Shown: piece after piece, positions 38,083 through 48,252 of the stretch
How the letters are laid out: each line of letters starts with the position of its first letter
Position numbering within the stretch: the stretch's first letter is position 1
Assembly (NCBI GenBank): GCA_963805495.1
Contig: CAWDUQ010000001.1
Location: 429,409-493,408, forward strand
Origin: an uncultured Acidobacteriota bacterium
GTDB taxonomy: Bacteria > Acidobacteriota > Thermoanaerobaculia > UBA5066 > Gp7-AA6
Direction: 5' to 3'
DNA length: 64,000 bases
Position numbers and translations under genes: made by a program
The notes under the pieces: generated by a model
Told to the model about the DNA's origin: nothing
Seen by the model: only the letters and a program-made list of their open reading frames with translations
Databases searched by the model: none

Positions 38083-39309
38083 ATGAGCGCACGAACGACG
38101 AAGATTTGGTTCTGGGCGGCGGTCCTTGCGGCCCTGACGGCCGGCATCGCGGCGGCCGGCAGCGGGGAGTCCGGAGGAGACCGAAGCGACGCCCGATCGG
38201 CGCCGGAGCCGGCCACTCCGGCCGCTCCGGACGACCAGTTCGATCCTCCGCCGTGCACCGGTCTCTTTTTCGCGGACGTCACCTGCACGACGCCTTTCGA
38301 TCCCTGGATCGAGCAGTATGCGACCGACGAAATCACCGGAGGCTGCGGCGGCGGGCTGTACTGCCCCGGAAACCCCGTGACGCGGGCGCAGATGGCCGTT
38401 TTCGTCGAGAAGGCGATGCGGGGAACGGCCGGGTGGAGCCCCGGAGATCTCGGCCACCAGAACACGAAGTTGGGGTCCCTGGCGCTGTCGAACAACACGA
38501 AGGCGGGGGGCAACACGGCGATCGGCCAGCGGGCGCTCTACGTGCAGTCGTACGACAACAACGGGATCACGTGGAACTCCGTCAACACGGCCATCGGTGT
38601 GCAGGCGCTGGCGGTCAACGAGCCGACGAGCACCGGGACCGGGTTCGGCAACACGGCCGTCGGCGCGTACAGCCTCAACGGCAACACGATCGGGTTCCTC
38701 AATACGGCGGTCGGCTGGGAGGCGGGTGCGCCCGGGGGCCGAATGATCGCCGGCTATGCGGGCACATCCGTCATGCTCGTTTCGAACGAGACCGGCAACT
38801 ACAACACCTTCATCGGGCCCTCGGGCGCCACGACGCAGGTCGATAACTGCACCGCCGTGGGGATCGACGCGTACTGTGATGCGACCGACCAGGTCCGCCT
38901 GGGAGACTTCTTCGTCAACTCGATCGGCGGAAAGGTCGCGTGGAGCACCCTCTCCGACGCCCGGGCCAAGTGGGACGTGCGGGAGCTCGAGCAGGGCCTT
39001 CCGCTCGTTCTCGCGCTTCGGCCGGTCTCGTACCGCTATCGCGGCGGAAACGGAAAGGCCGACATGGGCTTCGTCGCGCAGGACGTCGAGGCCCTCGTCG
39101 GCGACGGGTACAACCTGGTCGATGCCGGCGGCGATTCCGACCGGACGCTTTCGCTGCGCTACACGGAGCTCATCGCACCGCTGGTGAAGGCGGTGCAGGA
39201 GCAGCAGGCGCTGATCGAGGCGCAGGGCGGCGAGATCGAGAGCCTCCGCGCCGAAGTCAGGGCTCTGACGCGCGGTCGTCCGGAAGGGGCGCCAGCGCCC
39301 TCGCCTTAG
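38083..39309 (+). CDS. SLH-like + NTAxG repeats + Peptidase_S74 fibre protein (copy 2)
   Basis: Same architecture as copy 1; near-identical N-terminus; LSDARAK. Confidence 0.85.
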   Translation: MSARTTKIWFWAAVLAALTAGIAAAGSGESGGDRSDARSAPEPATPAAPDDQFDPPPCTGLFFADVTCTTPFDPWIEQYATDEITGGCGGGLYCPGNPVTRAQMAVFVEKAMRGTAGWSPGDLGHQNTKLGSLALSNNTKAGGNTAIGQRALYVQSYDNNGITWNSVNTAIGVQALAVNEPTSTGTGFGNTAVGAYSLNGNTIGFLNTAVGWEAGAPGGRMIAGYAGTSVMLVSNETGNYNTFIGPSGATTQVDNCTAVGIDAYCDATDQVRLGDFFVNSIGGKVAWSTLSDARAKWDVRELEQGLPLVLALRPVSYRYRGGNGKADMGFVAQDVEALVGDGYNLVDAGGDSDRTLSLRYTELIAPLVKAVQEQQALIEAQGGEIESLRAEVRALTRGRPEGAPAPSP

Positions 39310-39411
39310 CCAGGCGAAGCGGATTGTTCGGAGACGAGAGACAACTCACTGCGTCCTGAGAGGTTTCAGGGCGTGAATCGGAACCGAAAGAGGGTTCCGG
39401 GTGGAGGAGTG

Positions 39412-40710
39412 ATGATCGGTCGACGGATGCAGGTCTGGCTTGGCGCAGCGGTTCTTCTGATACTGGCTCCGGCGGCGACGGAGGCCCAGTCGTCCGGCCC
39501 CGACAATCCCTATGTCCCGCCGCCATGCGCGGGCAACGTGTTCGCGGACGTCACTTGCACGACGCCTTTCGATCCCTGGATCGAGCAATACGCGGCCGAC
39601 GAGATCACCGGAGGCTGCGGCGGCGGGCTCTACTGCCCCGGGAACCCCGTGACGCGGGCGCAGATGGCCGTTTTCGTCGAGAAGGCGATGCGGGGAACGG
39701 CGGCGTGGAGCCCGGGGGACCTCGGCTACCTCAACACTGGACTCGGCCGACATGCCTTGATCAGCAACACGACTGGCATGCACAATACGGCCGTCGGCGG
39801 CGACGCCCTGGGCTCTCAATCCTTCGACAACGGGGGTTCACTTTGGTTTGCCGACAATACGGCGGTCGGCTGGAGCGCGCTTGCTTTGAACCAGCCGACG
39901 GCGACGTCCAACGGGGCGCTCAACACCGCCGTCGGATCGCAGGCCCTCAGCAACAACGTGATCGGCCATTCCAACACGGCGGTGGGATACAACAGCCTCG
40001 TCACTAGCAAAGGCTTCGACAACACGGCGATCGGCAGCACCGCCGGCGCCCGAACGGAAGCGATCACCGGCTACGCCGGGTCATCGGTCCAGCTCCAGCG
40101 ACTCCAGACCGGCAACTACAATACGTTCGTCGGGATCGCGGGCGCCACGGCGCAAGTCGACAATTGCACCGCCGTCGGCATGGATGCGTACTGCGACGCA
40201 ACCAACCAGATCCGCCTGGGCAACTTCTTCGTCACCTCGATCGGAGGGAAGGTTGCCTGGAGCACGCTATCCGACGCGCGGGCCAAGCAGGATGTCCGCG
40301 ACCTCGATCACGGCCTTGCTCTGGTGCTGGCGCTGCGCCCGGTGTCGTACCGGTACAAGGACGGGAACGGTCGCACGGATATGGGATTCGTGGCGCAGGA
40401 CGTGGAGGCGGTGCTGGGCGACGGCTACAACGTCGTCGACGCGGGCGGAGACGCGGATCGGACACTCTCGCTGCGCTACGCCGAGCTGATCGCACCGCTC
40501 GTCCGGGCGATTCAGGAGCAGCAGGCGCTGATCGAGGCGCAGCGGCGGGAGAACGACCGTCAGAGCCGGAAGATCGAAGCACTGGAGGCGGGGCTCACTG
40601 AAGTCGATACGCTTCGGATGCAGATCGAACGCCTCATGGAGAGCGCCAGTCTTCGGGCGTCAGGGGCGCCGGTTCGGGCCGAACGAGGGACCCAGGGAGG
40701 AAATCGATGA
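39412..40710 (+). CDS. SLH-like + NTAxG repeats + Peptidase_S74 fibre protein (copy 3)
   Basis: GGAGGAG RBS; different signal peptide, extra repeat, longer coiled-coil tail. Confidence 0.85.
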   Translation: MIGRRMQVWLGAAVLLILAPAATEAQSSGPDNPYVPPPCAGNVFADVTCTTPFDPWIEQYAADEITGGCGGGLYCPGNPVTRAQMAVFVEKAMRGTAAWSPGDLGYLNTGLGRHALISNTTGMHNTAVGGDALGSQSFDNGGSLWFADNTAVGWSALALNQPTATSNGALNTAVGSQALSNNVIGHSNTAVGYNSLVTSKGFDNTAIGSTAGARTEAITGYAGSSVQLQRLQTGNYNTFVGIAGATAQVDNCTAVGMDAYCDATNQIRLGNFFVTSIGGKVAWSTLSDARAKQDVRDLDHGLALVLALRPVSYRYKDGNGRTDMGFVAQDVEAVLGDGYNVVDAGGDADRTLSLRYAELIAPLVRAIQEQQALIEAQRRENDRQSRKIEALEAGLTEVDTLRMQIERLMESASLRASGAPVRAERGTQGGNR

Positions 40711-41924
40711 GCTCGAGACGAATGACGGGTTGGCTCGGGTCGCTGATCCTCTCGATTCTGGCAGTCGGTCCCGCGGCAGCCCAGACTTCTGGCGAGGGCT
40801 CGCTGCCGGGATCCGTCGCGCCATCCGGCCCCGACAATCCGTACGTTCCGCCGTCCTGTGCGGGGAACGTCTTCGCCGACGTCACATGCTCGACGCCTTT
40901 CGACGCCTGGATCGAGCAGTACGCGGCCGACGAAATTACCGGGGGCTGCGGCGGCGGTCTCTACTGCCCGAACAGCCCCGTCACGCGTGCCCAGATGGCC
41001 GTGTTCGTCGAGAAGGCGATGCGCGGCACGGACACGTGGAACCCCGGAGATCTGGGCGGAAACAATACCGGCCTCGGGGAAGGTGCGCTTTATGCGAACA
41101 CTCGGGCGCTGGGGAACACGGCGCTGGGCGCTTCCGCTCTCGTCAACCAGTCGTTCGACAACGGAGGGTTCGGATGGTCGACCTACAACACGGCGGTCGG
41201 GGTCGATGCGCTCTTCTACAACCAGCCGACCAATACGTCCAACGGCCGGGAAAACACCGCGGTCGGCGCGAACGCACTGACCAACAACACGACCGGGTTC
41301 TACAACACCGCCGTCGGGTCCCTGGTTCTGGGCTACAACGAAACCGGGTTCCGCAACACCGCGATCGGCTGGCATGCCGGCGCCCGCGGCGGCGACGTGA
41401 TCACCGGCTATTCGGGATCGAACGTCACTTTCATCAACAACCATGACGGCCTCTACAACACTTTCATCGGACCCGCGGGATCGACGACCGAGGTCAACAA
41501 CTGCACGGCGGTCGGAATGGATGCCTACTGCTCCGCGGCGGACCAGGTGCGGCTGGGCAACTTCTTCGTCACGCCCATCGGGGGCAAGGTGGCCTGGAGC
41601 ACGCTTTCGGACGCCCGTGCAAAATCGGATGTCCGCGAGCTCGACTACGGCCTCGATCTCGTGCTTGCCCTCAAGCCGGTGTCATACCGGTACAAGGGCG
41701 GCAACGGCCGCACCGACATGGGTTTCGTGGCCCAGGACGTGGAGAAACTCCTCGACGGCTACAACGTCGTCGACGCGGGCGGCGACTCGGACCGGACCCT
41801 TTCCCTTCGGTACACGGAGCTGATCGCGCCGCTGGTGAAGGCGGTACAGGAGCAGCAATCTCAGATCGAGGCCCTGCGCGAGGAGATCCGCATGCTGCGG
41901 GCAAGCGGAGCGAGGAGCGACTGA
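40707..41924 (+). CDS. SLH-like + NTAxG repeats + Peptidase_S74 fibre protein (copy 4)
   Basis: ATGA overlap with copy 3; C-terminus matches copy 1. Confidence 0.85.
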   Translation: MSSRRMTGWLGSLILSILAVGPAAAQTSGEGSLPGSVAPSGPDNPYVPPSCAGNVFADVTCSTPFDAWIEQYAADEITGGCGGGLYCPNSPVTRAQMAVFVEKAMRGTDTWNPGDLGGNNTGLGEGALYANTRALGNTALGASALVNQSFDNGGFGWSTYNTAVGVDALFYNQPTNTSNGRENTAVGANALTNNTTGFYNTAVGSLVLGYNETGFRNTAIGWHAGARGGDVITGYSGSNVTFINNHDGLYNTFIGPAGSTTEVNNCTAVGMDAYCSAADQVRLGNFFVTPIGGKVAWSTLSDARAKSDVRELDYGLDLVLALKPVSYRYKGGNGRTDMGFVAQDVEKLLDGYNVVDAGGDSDRTLSLRYTELIAPLVKAVQEQQSQIEALREEIRMLRASGARSD

Positions 41925-41961
41925 GCGGCCGATTGCCCGCCGCGGCCGTTACAAGCGACCG

Positions 41962-42207
41962 TCAGAGGCTCCTGGTCATCCTGACGTGCGGGACGGTCAC
42001 GTCGACGAACTCTTCGCCGGCGACCGTGTACCCCAGCCGTTCGTAGAAACCCACGGCCGACCCATCAGAGCCCATGGGGGGAGAGGGTTCGAAAGAATTT
42101 CGCGAGCCAGCAATAGCGAAAAGGGCAACCACATCTGCATAGAGTTGGTTGAGTAGCGCGAAGATCCAGAATAGAGACAACCGCTCCCTTGTGTCGTGCA
42201 TATCCAC
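41962..42207 (-). pseudogene. Chimeric remnant: DUF6326-like N-terminus fused to GNAT C-terminus
   Basis: RERLSLFWIFALLNQLYADV, then SAVGFYERLGYTVAGEEFVDVTVPHVRMTRSL, homologous to the end of 28821..29252. Confidence 0.65.
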
Positions 42208-42272
42208 CTCCTACGGAGTATCCCCCGACCCTCTCGTTCCATCCGCCGCGGGACGAACGCCTGGCTCCGTCC

Positions 42273-44899
42273 TCACTCCGATCGCAGCGCCTGGATGACG
42301 TCCACGCGCGACGCACGGACGGCGGGCAAGAGCGACGCGAGGATCGCCGCGGCCGCCAGAAGCACAGCCGCTCCGGCGATCGGCAGCGCGCCCGGCATCT
42401 GGGCCACGCCGAACAGCAGGCTCGCGACCCAGGCCAGCGCGATCCCGCCGAGGCCGCCGACGAGGATTCCCGCGGAGGCGATCACGGCGCCCTCGCGGAG
42501 AACGCGGGCCCTGAGCCGGCGCGGCTCGCATCCGACCGCGAGCCGGATGCCGAACTCGCGCGTCCGAGCGCTCACCGAAAACGCCAGCACGCCCGCGACC
42601 CCAACGACCGCGATGAGCAGCGCGATGCCGCCGAAGGCCGAGAACACGAACGCGTTCAACCGCTGCGGCGTCAGCACCTGGGTGCGAATGTCCTCGAGCG
42701 TCGCCGGCCGCTCGACCGCCTGGTCGGCGGAGAGGTCGTGAAGCGTGCGCGTCACGACCGGGACGAGCGCATAGGGATCGGCCGCGGCCCGGACGAACAG
42801 GCGGCTCGGCTCGCCGAACTGCCGCCACGGGAGGTACACCGTCATCGTCGGCACCTGCACGACGTTCTCGTCGTCCACGTCGGCGACGACGCCGACGATG
42901 CGGCGCGGCTTGGGCTCGAGGCCGGTGCGGCTGTCGAGCCACAGGTGTCGGTTGACCGCTTCGCCCTTGGGGAAGAGCCGCTGCGCCACGCTCTGGCTGA
43001 CGATGGCGACGGATTCGGTGTCGGGACGGTCCTCGTCCGTGAAGTCGCGGCCGGCGACGATCGGGACACCGAGCACGGCGAAGAATCGAGGCGAGACGGG
43101 CCGGAGTATGCAGGCCGGGTTGTCCTCGCCGTTGGCGGGCTGGTACCCCTCGAACCCGAACTGGAGCTTGAGGCTCCACTGGTCGCGCCAGGGCACGACC
43201 ATCCCGGACGCGACGCCCTCCACACCCGGCAGCGCGCCGATCCTCCGCATGGCTTCCCGGAAGAAGTTGTCCGTCGCTTCGCCGCCGGCGCCGGGCGCTG
43301 CAGGCGGGACGTCGATCGCCAGGACCTGCCGCATGTCATAAGCGGTGTTTGCCGTCGACATCGCATTCAACGTCGCGACGAGCATGCCGGCGCCCACGAG
43401 CAGCAGGAAAGAGCACGCGATCTGCGTCGCTGCGAAGATCTTGAGACGGCGGTTCGTGCCCGGCGTGATCCGAATGCCGCCGGCGGCGGCGCTCAGAGCG
43501 CTCGACCGGTCGAAGGAGGGGAGCCGCGGTACATACGCGAGCAGCACCGCCGCCACCACGGCCAGCCCCGCGCCGAGCCAGAGCACGCTGCCGTCCACCC
43601 TGGCCTCCAGCGCGCGAACGGAGAAGCGCGCGGCATAGCGGGCCGCCACGGCCACGAGCGGCCTCGCGAGCAGCAGCCCGAGCGCTGCCCCCGCGACGCA
43701 GAGGACGAGGCTCTCCGCGAGAAGGGTGCGCCGGAGTGCGCCCCGGCTGGCGCCGAGCGCGGCACGCACGGCGAGCTCGGATTCGCGGCGGACCGACCGG
43801 CCCAGGATCAGGTTGGCGACGTTCGAACACGCGATCACGAAAACGATCGCCGCCGCCGCCAGGAGAAGCAGGAGGATCGTCCGTGCGGGCGACGCGATCT
43901 GGTCGCGGAGCGTCTTGACCTCGATCCCGACCCGGGCGCCGTGGAGTACGATTCCGGATGCGCGTGCACCATCGACGCATGGACGGCCTCCAGCTCGGCG
44001 CGGGCTCCTTCCAGCGTGGCGCCCGGCGCGAGACGCCCGAAGAGCTCGGTCATGCGGTGCCAGCGTTCATTCTGCATCGTCGCCCCGAGGTGGTGCGGGC
44101 TGGTCACGACGTTCGCGATGATCTGAGTCTCGGCCGGGTAGGGAACCGAGGGCTCGAGGACGCCGACGACGGTCGCGTTGCCGGGACCCAGACGGATGAC
44201 CTTGCCGACGACGGACGGATCGGCGTGGAGCACCGTCGTCCAGAAGCGGTGAGTCAGGACCGCGACCGGCGCCGCTTTCGGGCCGTCATCGCCGGAGTTG
44301 ATCAGCCGGCCGAGCACCGGCCGAAGCCCCATGACGTCGAAGAACGATCCGTTGACGACACCTGCCGTCACGACGCGGGGCTCCCCGCCGAACCCGACCA
44401 GCGTGAAGTCGACGGTGGAAAAATCGCCGAACGCGGAAATCGACTTCACGCGCGACTCGAGGTCGCCGATCTCCGGCATGGAGAAGGTGAGGTTCTCAGT
44501 CCCGATGCCCGGGGCGGTCTGGCGGATGTAGAGCAGCCGATCCGCATCCCGATTGACGAGCGGACGCAGGAGCACGCTCCGAACGACGCTGAAGATCGCC
44601 GCGTTGGCGCCGATGCCGAGCGCGAGCGTCACAATCACGGTGATCGCCAGCCCCCGCGTGCGCAGAAGGGAACGCAGCCCGATTCGCATTTCCTGGAAGA
44701 GCAACAAGGCGGCGTCGAACCAGCGGCTGTACCAGACTCGATGCATCGAGTCGCGGACGGCCGCTATGGATCCGAACTCCTCGAGCGCGGCTTGTCGGGC
44801 GGATCGCGGATCCTCGCCACGCTCGATCCGTTCCCGAATGCTCAGCTCCAGGGCGCTTCGGATTTCGTCCTCGAGGTCGCGGTCGTCGGGGGTGCGCAT
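42273..44899 (-). CDS. Acidobacterial duplicated orphan permease (ADOP-type ABC permease; frameshift near 43935)
   Basis: TLALGIGANAAIFSVV, IACSNVANL, RESELAVRAALGA, RTREFGIRLAVG, PAVRASRVD; ORFs 43835..44899 and 42273..43838 join by a 1-nt shift. Confidence 0.85.
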
Positions 44900-44904
44900 G
44901 GCGA

Positions 44905-45264
44905 CTACTCCTCAGCGGCCGGTGCGGGGTTCATGATCCGGCCGATCGCGCGGACGAGCTGTGACCAGCGGTCCTGCTCGCGGATCAGCTGGGCCCTGCC
45001 GGAGGGCGTAAGACGGTAGAACTTCGCCCGCTGATTGGCCTCGCTCACTCCCCACTCGGACTTGAGCCATCCTCGCTTCACGAGCCGGTGCAGGGCAGGG
45101 TAGAGCGAGCCGGTCTCGACCCTGAGCAGCTCCTCCGACTGCCGGCGGATGGCCTGGCCGATCCCGTGGCCGTGCTGAGGTCCCCACCGGAGGGTCCGCA
45201 GGATGAGCATGTCGAGGGTGCCCTGGAGGAGCTCGAGGCGCGGATCGTCGGGGGTTCTGGTCAT
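44905..45264 (-). CDS. Acidobacterial-type PadR family regulator
   Basis: LLQGTLDMLILRTL, HGHGI, GSLYPALHRL, WGVSEANQRAKFYRLT. Confidence 0.92.
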   Translation of the reverse strand: MTRTPDDPRLELLQGTLDMLILRTLRWGPQHGHGIGQAIRRQSEELLRVETGSLYPALHRLVKRGWLKSEWGVSEANQRAKFYRLTPSGRAQLIREQDRWSQLVRAIGRIMNPAPAAEE

Positions 45265-45268
45265 TGTA

Positions 45269-45305
45269 GTAGACGGTCTACCACCCTGTACGTAGAACGT
45301 CTACG
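45269..45305. promoter_or_regulatory. Two palindromes, probable PadR operators
   Basis: GTAGAC-G-GTCTAC (45269-45281) and CGTAGA-ACG-TCTACG (45291-45305), directly upstream of padR. Confidence 0.65.
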
Positions 45306-45311
45306 GCTTGT

Positions 45312-45427
45312 TTCAAGCGGGCGCGACATCGCCTCAGAGGAATACAAGCGCGAGGCGTTGGGCGGTAGGTCGAGGCGCGCCTCGTGGCGGAGGCTGGCAA
45401 GGCTCTGACGTGGTCCCGATCCGCAAA
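45312..45427 (+). pseudogene. Relic of tyrosine-integrase C-terminus (island 2)
   Basis: Across frameshifts reads FKR-x-DIASEEYKREAL...VEARLVAEAGKA-DVVPIRK; the expected catalytic Tyr codon position is disrupted. Confidence 0.55.
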
Positions 45428-45493
45428 CACGGAGAAACACGGAGAATCGGGGGTCCGGAGCGGGGGAGGGGTCAGCTAAGTCGTTGGAAGAAA

Positions 45494-45571
45494 TGGTGCG
45501 CCCGGCGCGATTCGAACGCGCGACCTTTAGCTCCGGAGGCTAACGCTCTATCCGGACTGAGCTACGGGCGC
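45494..45571 (-). tRNA. tRNA-Arg(CCG)
   Basis: GCGCCCG acceptor stem, TTAGC-CT-CCG-GA-GCTAA anticodon arm, GTTCGAATC T-loop, encoded CCA. Confidence 0.97.
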
Positions 45572-45592
45572 AAAGAACGACGCGAGAAACAC

Positions 45593-45670
45593 TGGGGTGA
45601 GTGGAGGGGTTCGAACCCTCGACATCCAGATCCACAATCTGGCGCTCTAACCAGCTGAGCTACACCCACC
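45593..45670 (-). tRNA. tRNA-His(GTG)
   Basis: G-1 opposite C73, CCAGA-TT-GTG-GA-TCTGG anticodon arm, GTTCGAAC, encoded CCA. Confidence 0.97.
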
Positions 45671-45682
45671 GTCGGGGCGCGC

Positions 45683-45711
45683 AGTTTAACCTCACGGGGA
45701 GGGGGGGTCAA
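45683..45711 (-). promoter_or_regulatory. Sigma70-type promoter of the tRNA-His/tRNA-Arg pair
   Basis: TTGACC-N17-TAAACT followed by a GC-rich discriminator. Confidence 0.7.
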
Positions 45712-45733
45712 ACCCTCTGCTATGTTGCCGCGG

Positions 45734-47744
45734 ATGCGGTTTTCGAGCGCCCGGGCGGTCTTCTCGGCCCTCCTCCTCGCTTTCGCGGGCTCGTGCCGGC
45801 GCGAGAGTCCGGCGCCGGCCGTGCCGCAACCGGTCGGCCCGGGCGCCCGTCGAATCGTCGGACGAGGCCGCCCGCGGTCCGCGCGCGGCGTCGGCACGGC
45901 CGCCCGTGATCTGGCTCGGTCTCGACGGGCTCGACTTCGAGCTTCTCGACCGGCTCGCCGCCGAGGGGAAGATGCCGAACTGGAAGCGGCTGGCGGACGA
46001 GGGCTACACGGCCCGCCTCTCGAGCGACTACCCGCTGATCTCGCCGATTCTCTGGACGACCGCCGCGACCGGTGTGCCGCCCGACGTCCACCGCGTCCTC
46101 GATTTCCAGGAGGTCGATCCGAAGACGGGGCGCAAGAGGCCGATCTCGGGCGAGTCGCGGCGCGCGCCCGCCGCCTGGAACCTCGCGTCGGCCGACGGCC
46201 GGAAAGTCGGCGTCGTGGGCTGGTGGGCGACGCACCCGGCCGAGCAGGTCGACGGATTCTTCGTTTCCGACCGCGCGAGTCCGATCCTGTTTGCCGACCT
46301 CCCGCGCGAGGGCGTCGCGTTCCCGGCTTCGCTCGAGGCGGGTGTCGCGCAGGTCGTCGCGCGGGACGGGAAGATCGGGGCGGACGACCTCGCGCCGTAC
46401 CTCGACGTGCCGCCGGGCGAGATCGCGGCCGCGCTCGCAAGCGGCGCCGGGATGGAGAACCCGATCGTCGCGCTCGCGCGGGTCGTGTCCGCGACGCGCG
46501 TGACGCAGCGGATCGCGCGCGACCTCTACGACCGATACCGGCCCGAGCTCATGACGGCCTATTTCGAGGGCACCGACGAGGTCGGCCACGTCTTCGCCTC
46601 GTTCACTCCGCCGAAACTCGACTGCGCGGGCGTGGCGGATGCGGACGTCGCGAAGTTCTCCCGCGTGGTCGAGGTCTACTACGCCGCGATCGACCGGATC
46701 CTCGGCCAGTGGATCAAGCGCGCCGCCGAGGACGGCGCGGTCCTCCTCGTCCACTCGGACCACGGCTTCAAGTGGGGGAGCGACCGCCCCTGCGGCCTCG
46801 CCTCCGGCAACTGGGCGACGGCGGCGTTCTGGCACCGGCCCGAAGGGGTCCTCGCCGTCTGGGGCGCCGGCGTCCGCGGGGGGCAGCCGCGCGGCTCGGC
46901 CCGGCTCGTCGACGTCGCGCCGACGGTGCTCGCGCTGCTGGACGTTCCGGGCGACCGGCGCATGACGGGGGAGCCGGTGGCCGCGGCTTTCGCGAAGCCG
47001 CCGCGCTTTTCCCGCTCCGACCGGGCGGGCCTCGCCGTGGCGCGCGTCGCGGCAGCCGACGTCTCCGATGCCGAGTCCTCGGAGTACGCGAAGAAGCTCC
47101 TCGCCCTGGGGTACCTGTCGCCCGGCGAGACGACGTCCGTCGCGCCGCCCGGCGGGGCCCTGCCGGGCCTGACCGAGGGCGGGTGGAACAACCTCGGGAC
47201 CTACGAGCTGCAGACGAAGAAGAACCTTCCCGCGGCGAAGGCGGCGTTCGAGGAGTCACTGAAGCTCTCCCCCGACTATTACTCGCCGATGTTCAACCTC
47301 GCCGTGCTGCACCGGGAGCAGGGCGACGTCCGGGGGTCCGAGGAGTGGTTGATCCGGTCGCTGCACGCAGTCCCGGGCGACCCGTCGGTCGCGGTCGTCG
47401 GCTGGGCCCGCGAGTGGGCCCGGCGGGGCAGGCCCGCGGCGGCGCAGTCGCTTCTGGCGCGGGCGCAGAACGAGTTCCCGGGCAACGAGGCGATCGCGCG
47501 CGAGCGAGGGCATTTTCTTCACGAGAACAAGGACTGCGCGGGAGCGGTGAAGGCGCTCGAGCCGTTGGAAGCTTCGACCTCGAATCCGCAGGTCTTGAAC
47601 GACCTCGCCCTCTACGAGACCTGCCTGGGCCGCCGTGAAGTCGTCGAGCGCCTGCTGGCGCGGTCGCTCGAGTTGAAGCCCGATCAGCCCGACGTGGCCC
47701 GCGCCCTCGAGATCGTCCGGCGCGCGGGGACCGAGGGCCGCTGA
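45734..47744 (+). CDS. Alkaline-phosphatase-superfamily (NPP-like) lipoprotein with TPRs (frameshift near 45835)
   Basis: Lipobox FAGSC in one frame, then WLGLDGLD, SPILWTTAATG, TDEVGH, HSDHGF, LLALGYL and TPRs in ORF 45906..47744. Confidence 0.82.
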
Positions 47745-47745
47745 G

Positions 47746-48252
47746 CTACTTCTTGTATTCCGACAGGTACTTCAGCTCGATCGTCGCGAGCGCGTAGGAC
47801 GATCGCACCGGATCGCCGTAGACGATGAGGCGCACCGGCCCCTCGTTCTCGGGCAGCGGGTCCATGCCGGCCTCGGAGACGAGGAAGACCTTCGGGTTGC
47901 TCCGGTTGTTGCGAAGCTCCCCGACGGAGAACGCGACCGCGTATCCGCCGCGCGCTGTTACGAGCACCACCGCGGACCCGGAGTTTCGCTCTCCCGCCAT
48001 CGTGCGCACGTCGAGCCCGCCTTTCTCGAGCACTTCGAGCAGAGGCTGGCCGTGGTAGATCGTCACGTTGCCCTGGACATCCTCCATGCGGACGTCCCGC
48101 TCGTCGGCGCCGAGCAGCGATTGCGGGGCGATCGGTTGATCCGCTCGCCCCGGCACCTTGAGGACCGGCGGGGCGGCGGGCGCGGCGGCGCCAACGGCCG
48201 CCGCCGAGAGCGCAATCGCGCCCGCGACGGCAGCCGCCAGTGGACGCCGCAT
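47746..48252 (-). CDS. Secreted protein resembling the molybdopterin-oxidoreductase binding domain
   Basis: Signal peptide; YHGQPLLEVL, VTARGGYAVAFSVGEL, EGPVRLIV; TGATG coupling to the receptor gene. Confidence 0.65.
   Translation of the reverse strand: MRRPLAAAVAGAIALSAAAVGAAAPAAPPVLKVPGRADQPIAPQSLLGADERDVRMEDVQGNVTIYHGQPLLEVLEKGGLDVRTMAGERNSGSAVVLVTARGGYAVAFSVGELRNNRSNPKVFLVSEAGMDPLPENEGPVRLIVYGDPVRSSYALATIELKYLSEYKK

Larger units (their letters stand above)
37366..45539. mobile_element. Decayed tRNA-Arg-integrated island 2 (fibre-protein array, ADOP/PadR)
   Basis: att repeats at both ends; paired ACACGGAGAA repeats at 37516-37536 and 45427-45446; integrase relic beside the tRNA. Confidence 0.75.

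Noticed and set aside
27592-41924. Prophage tail region or diversity-generating retroelement
   Set aside because: The proteins have signal peptides; no capsid, terminase or baseplate genes; no reverse transcriptase; differences between copies are not adenine-specific.
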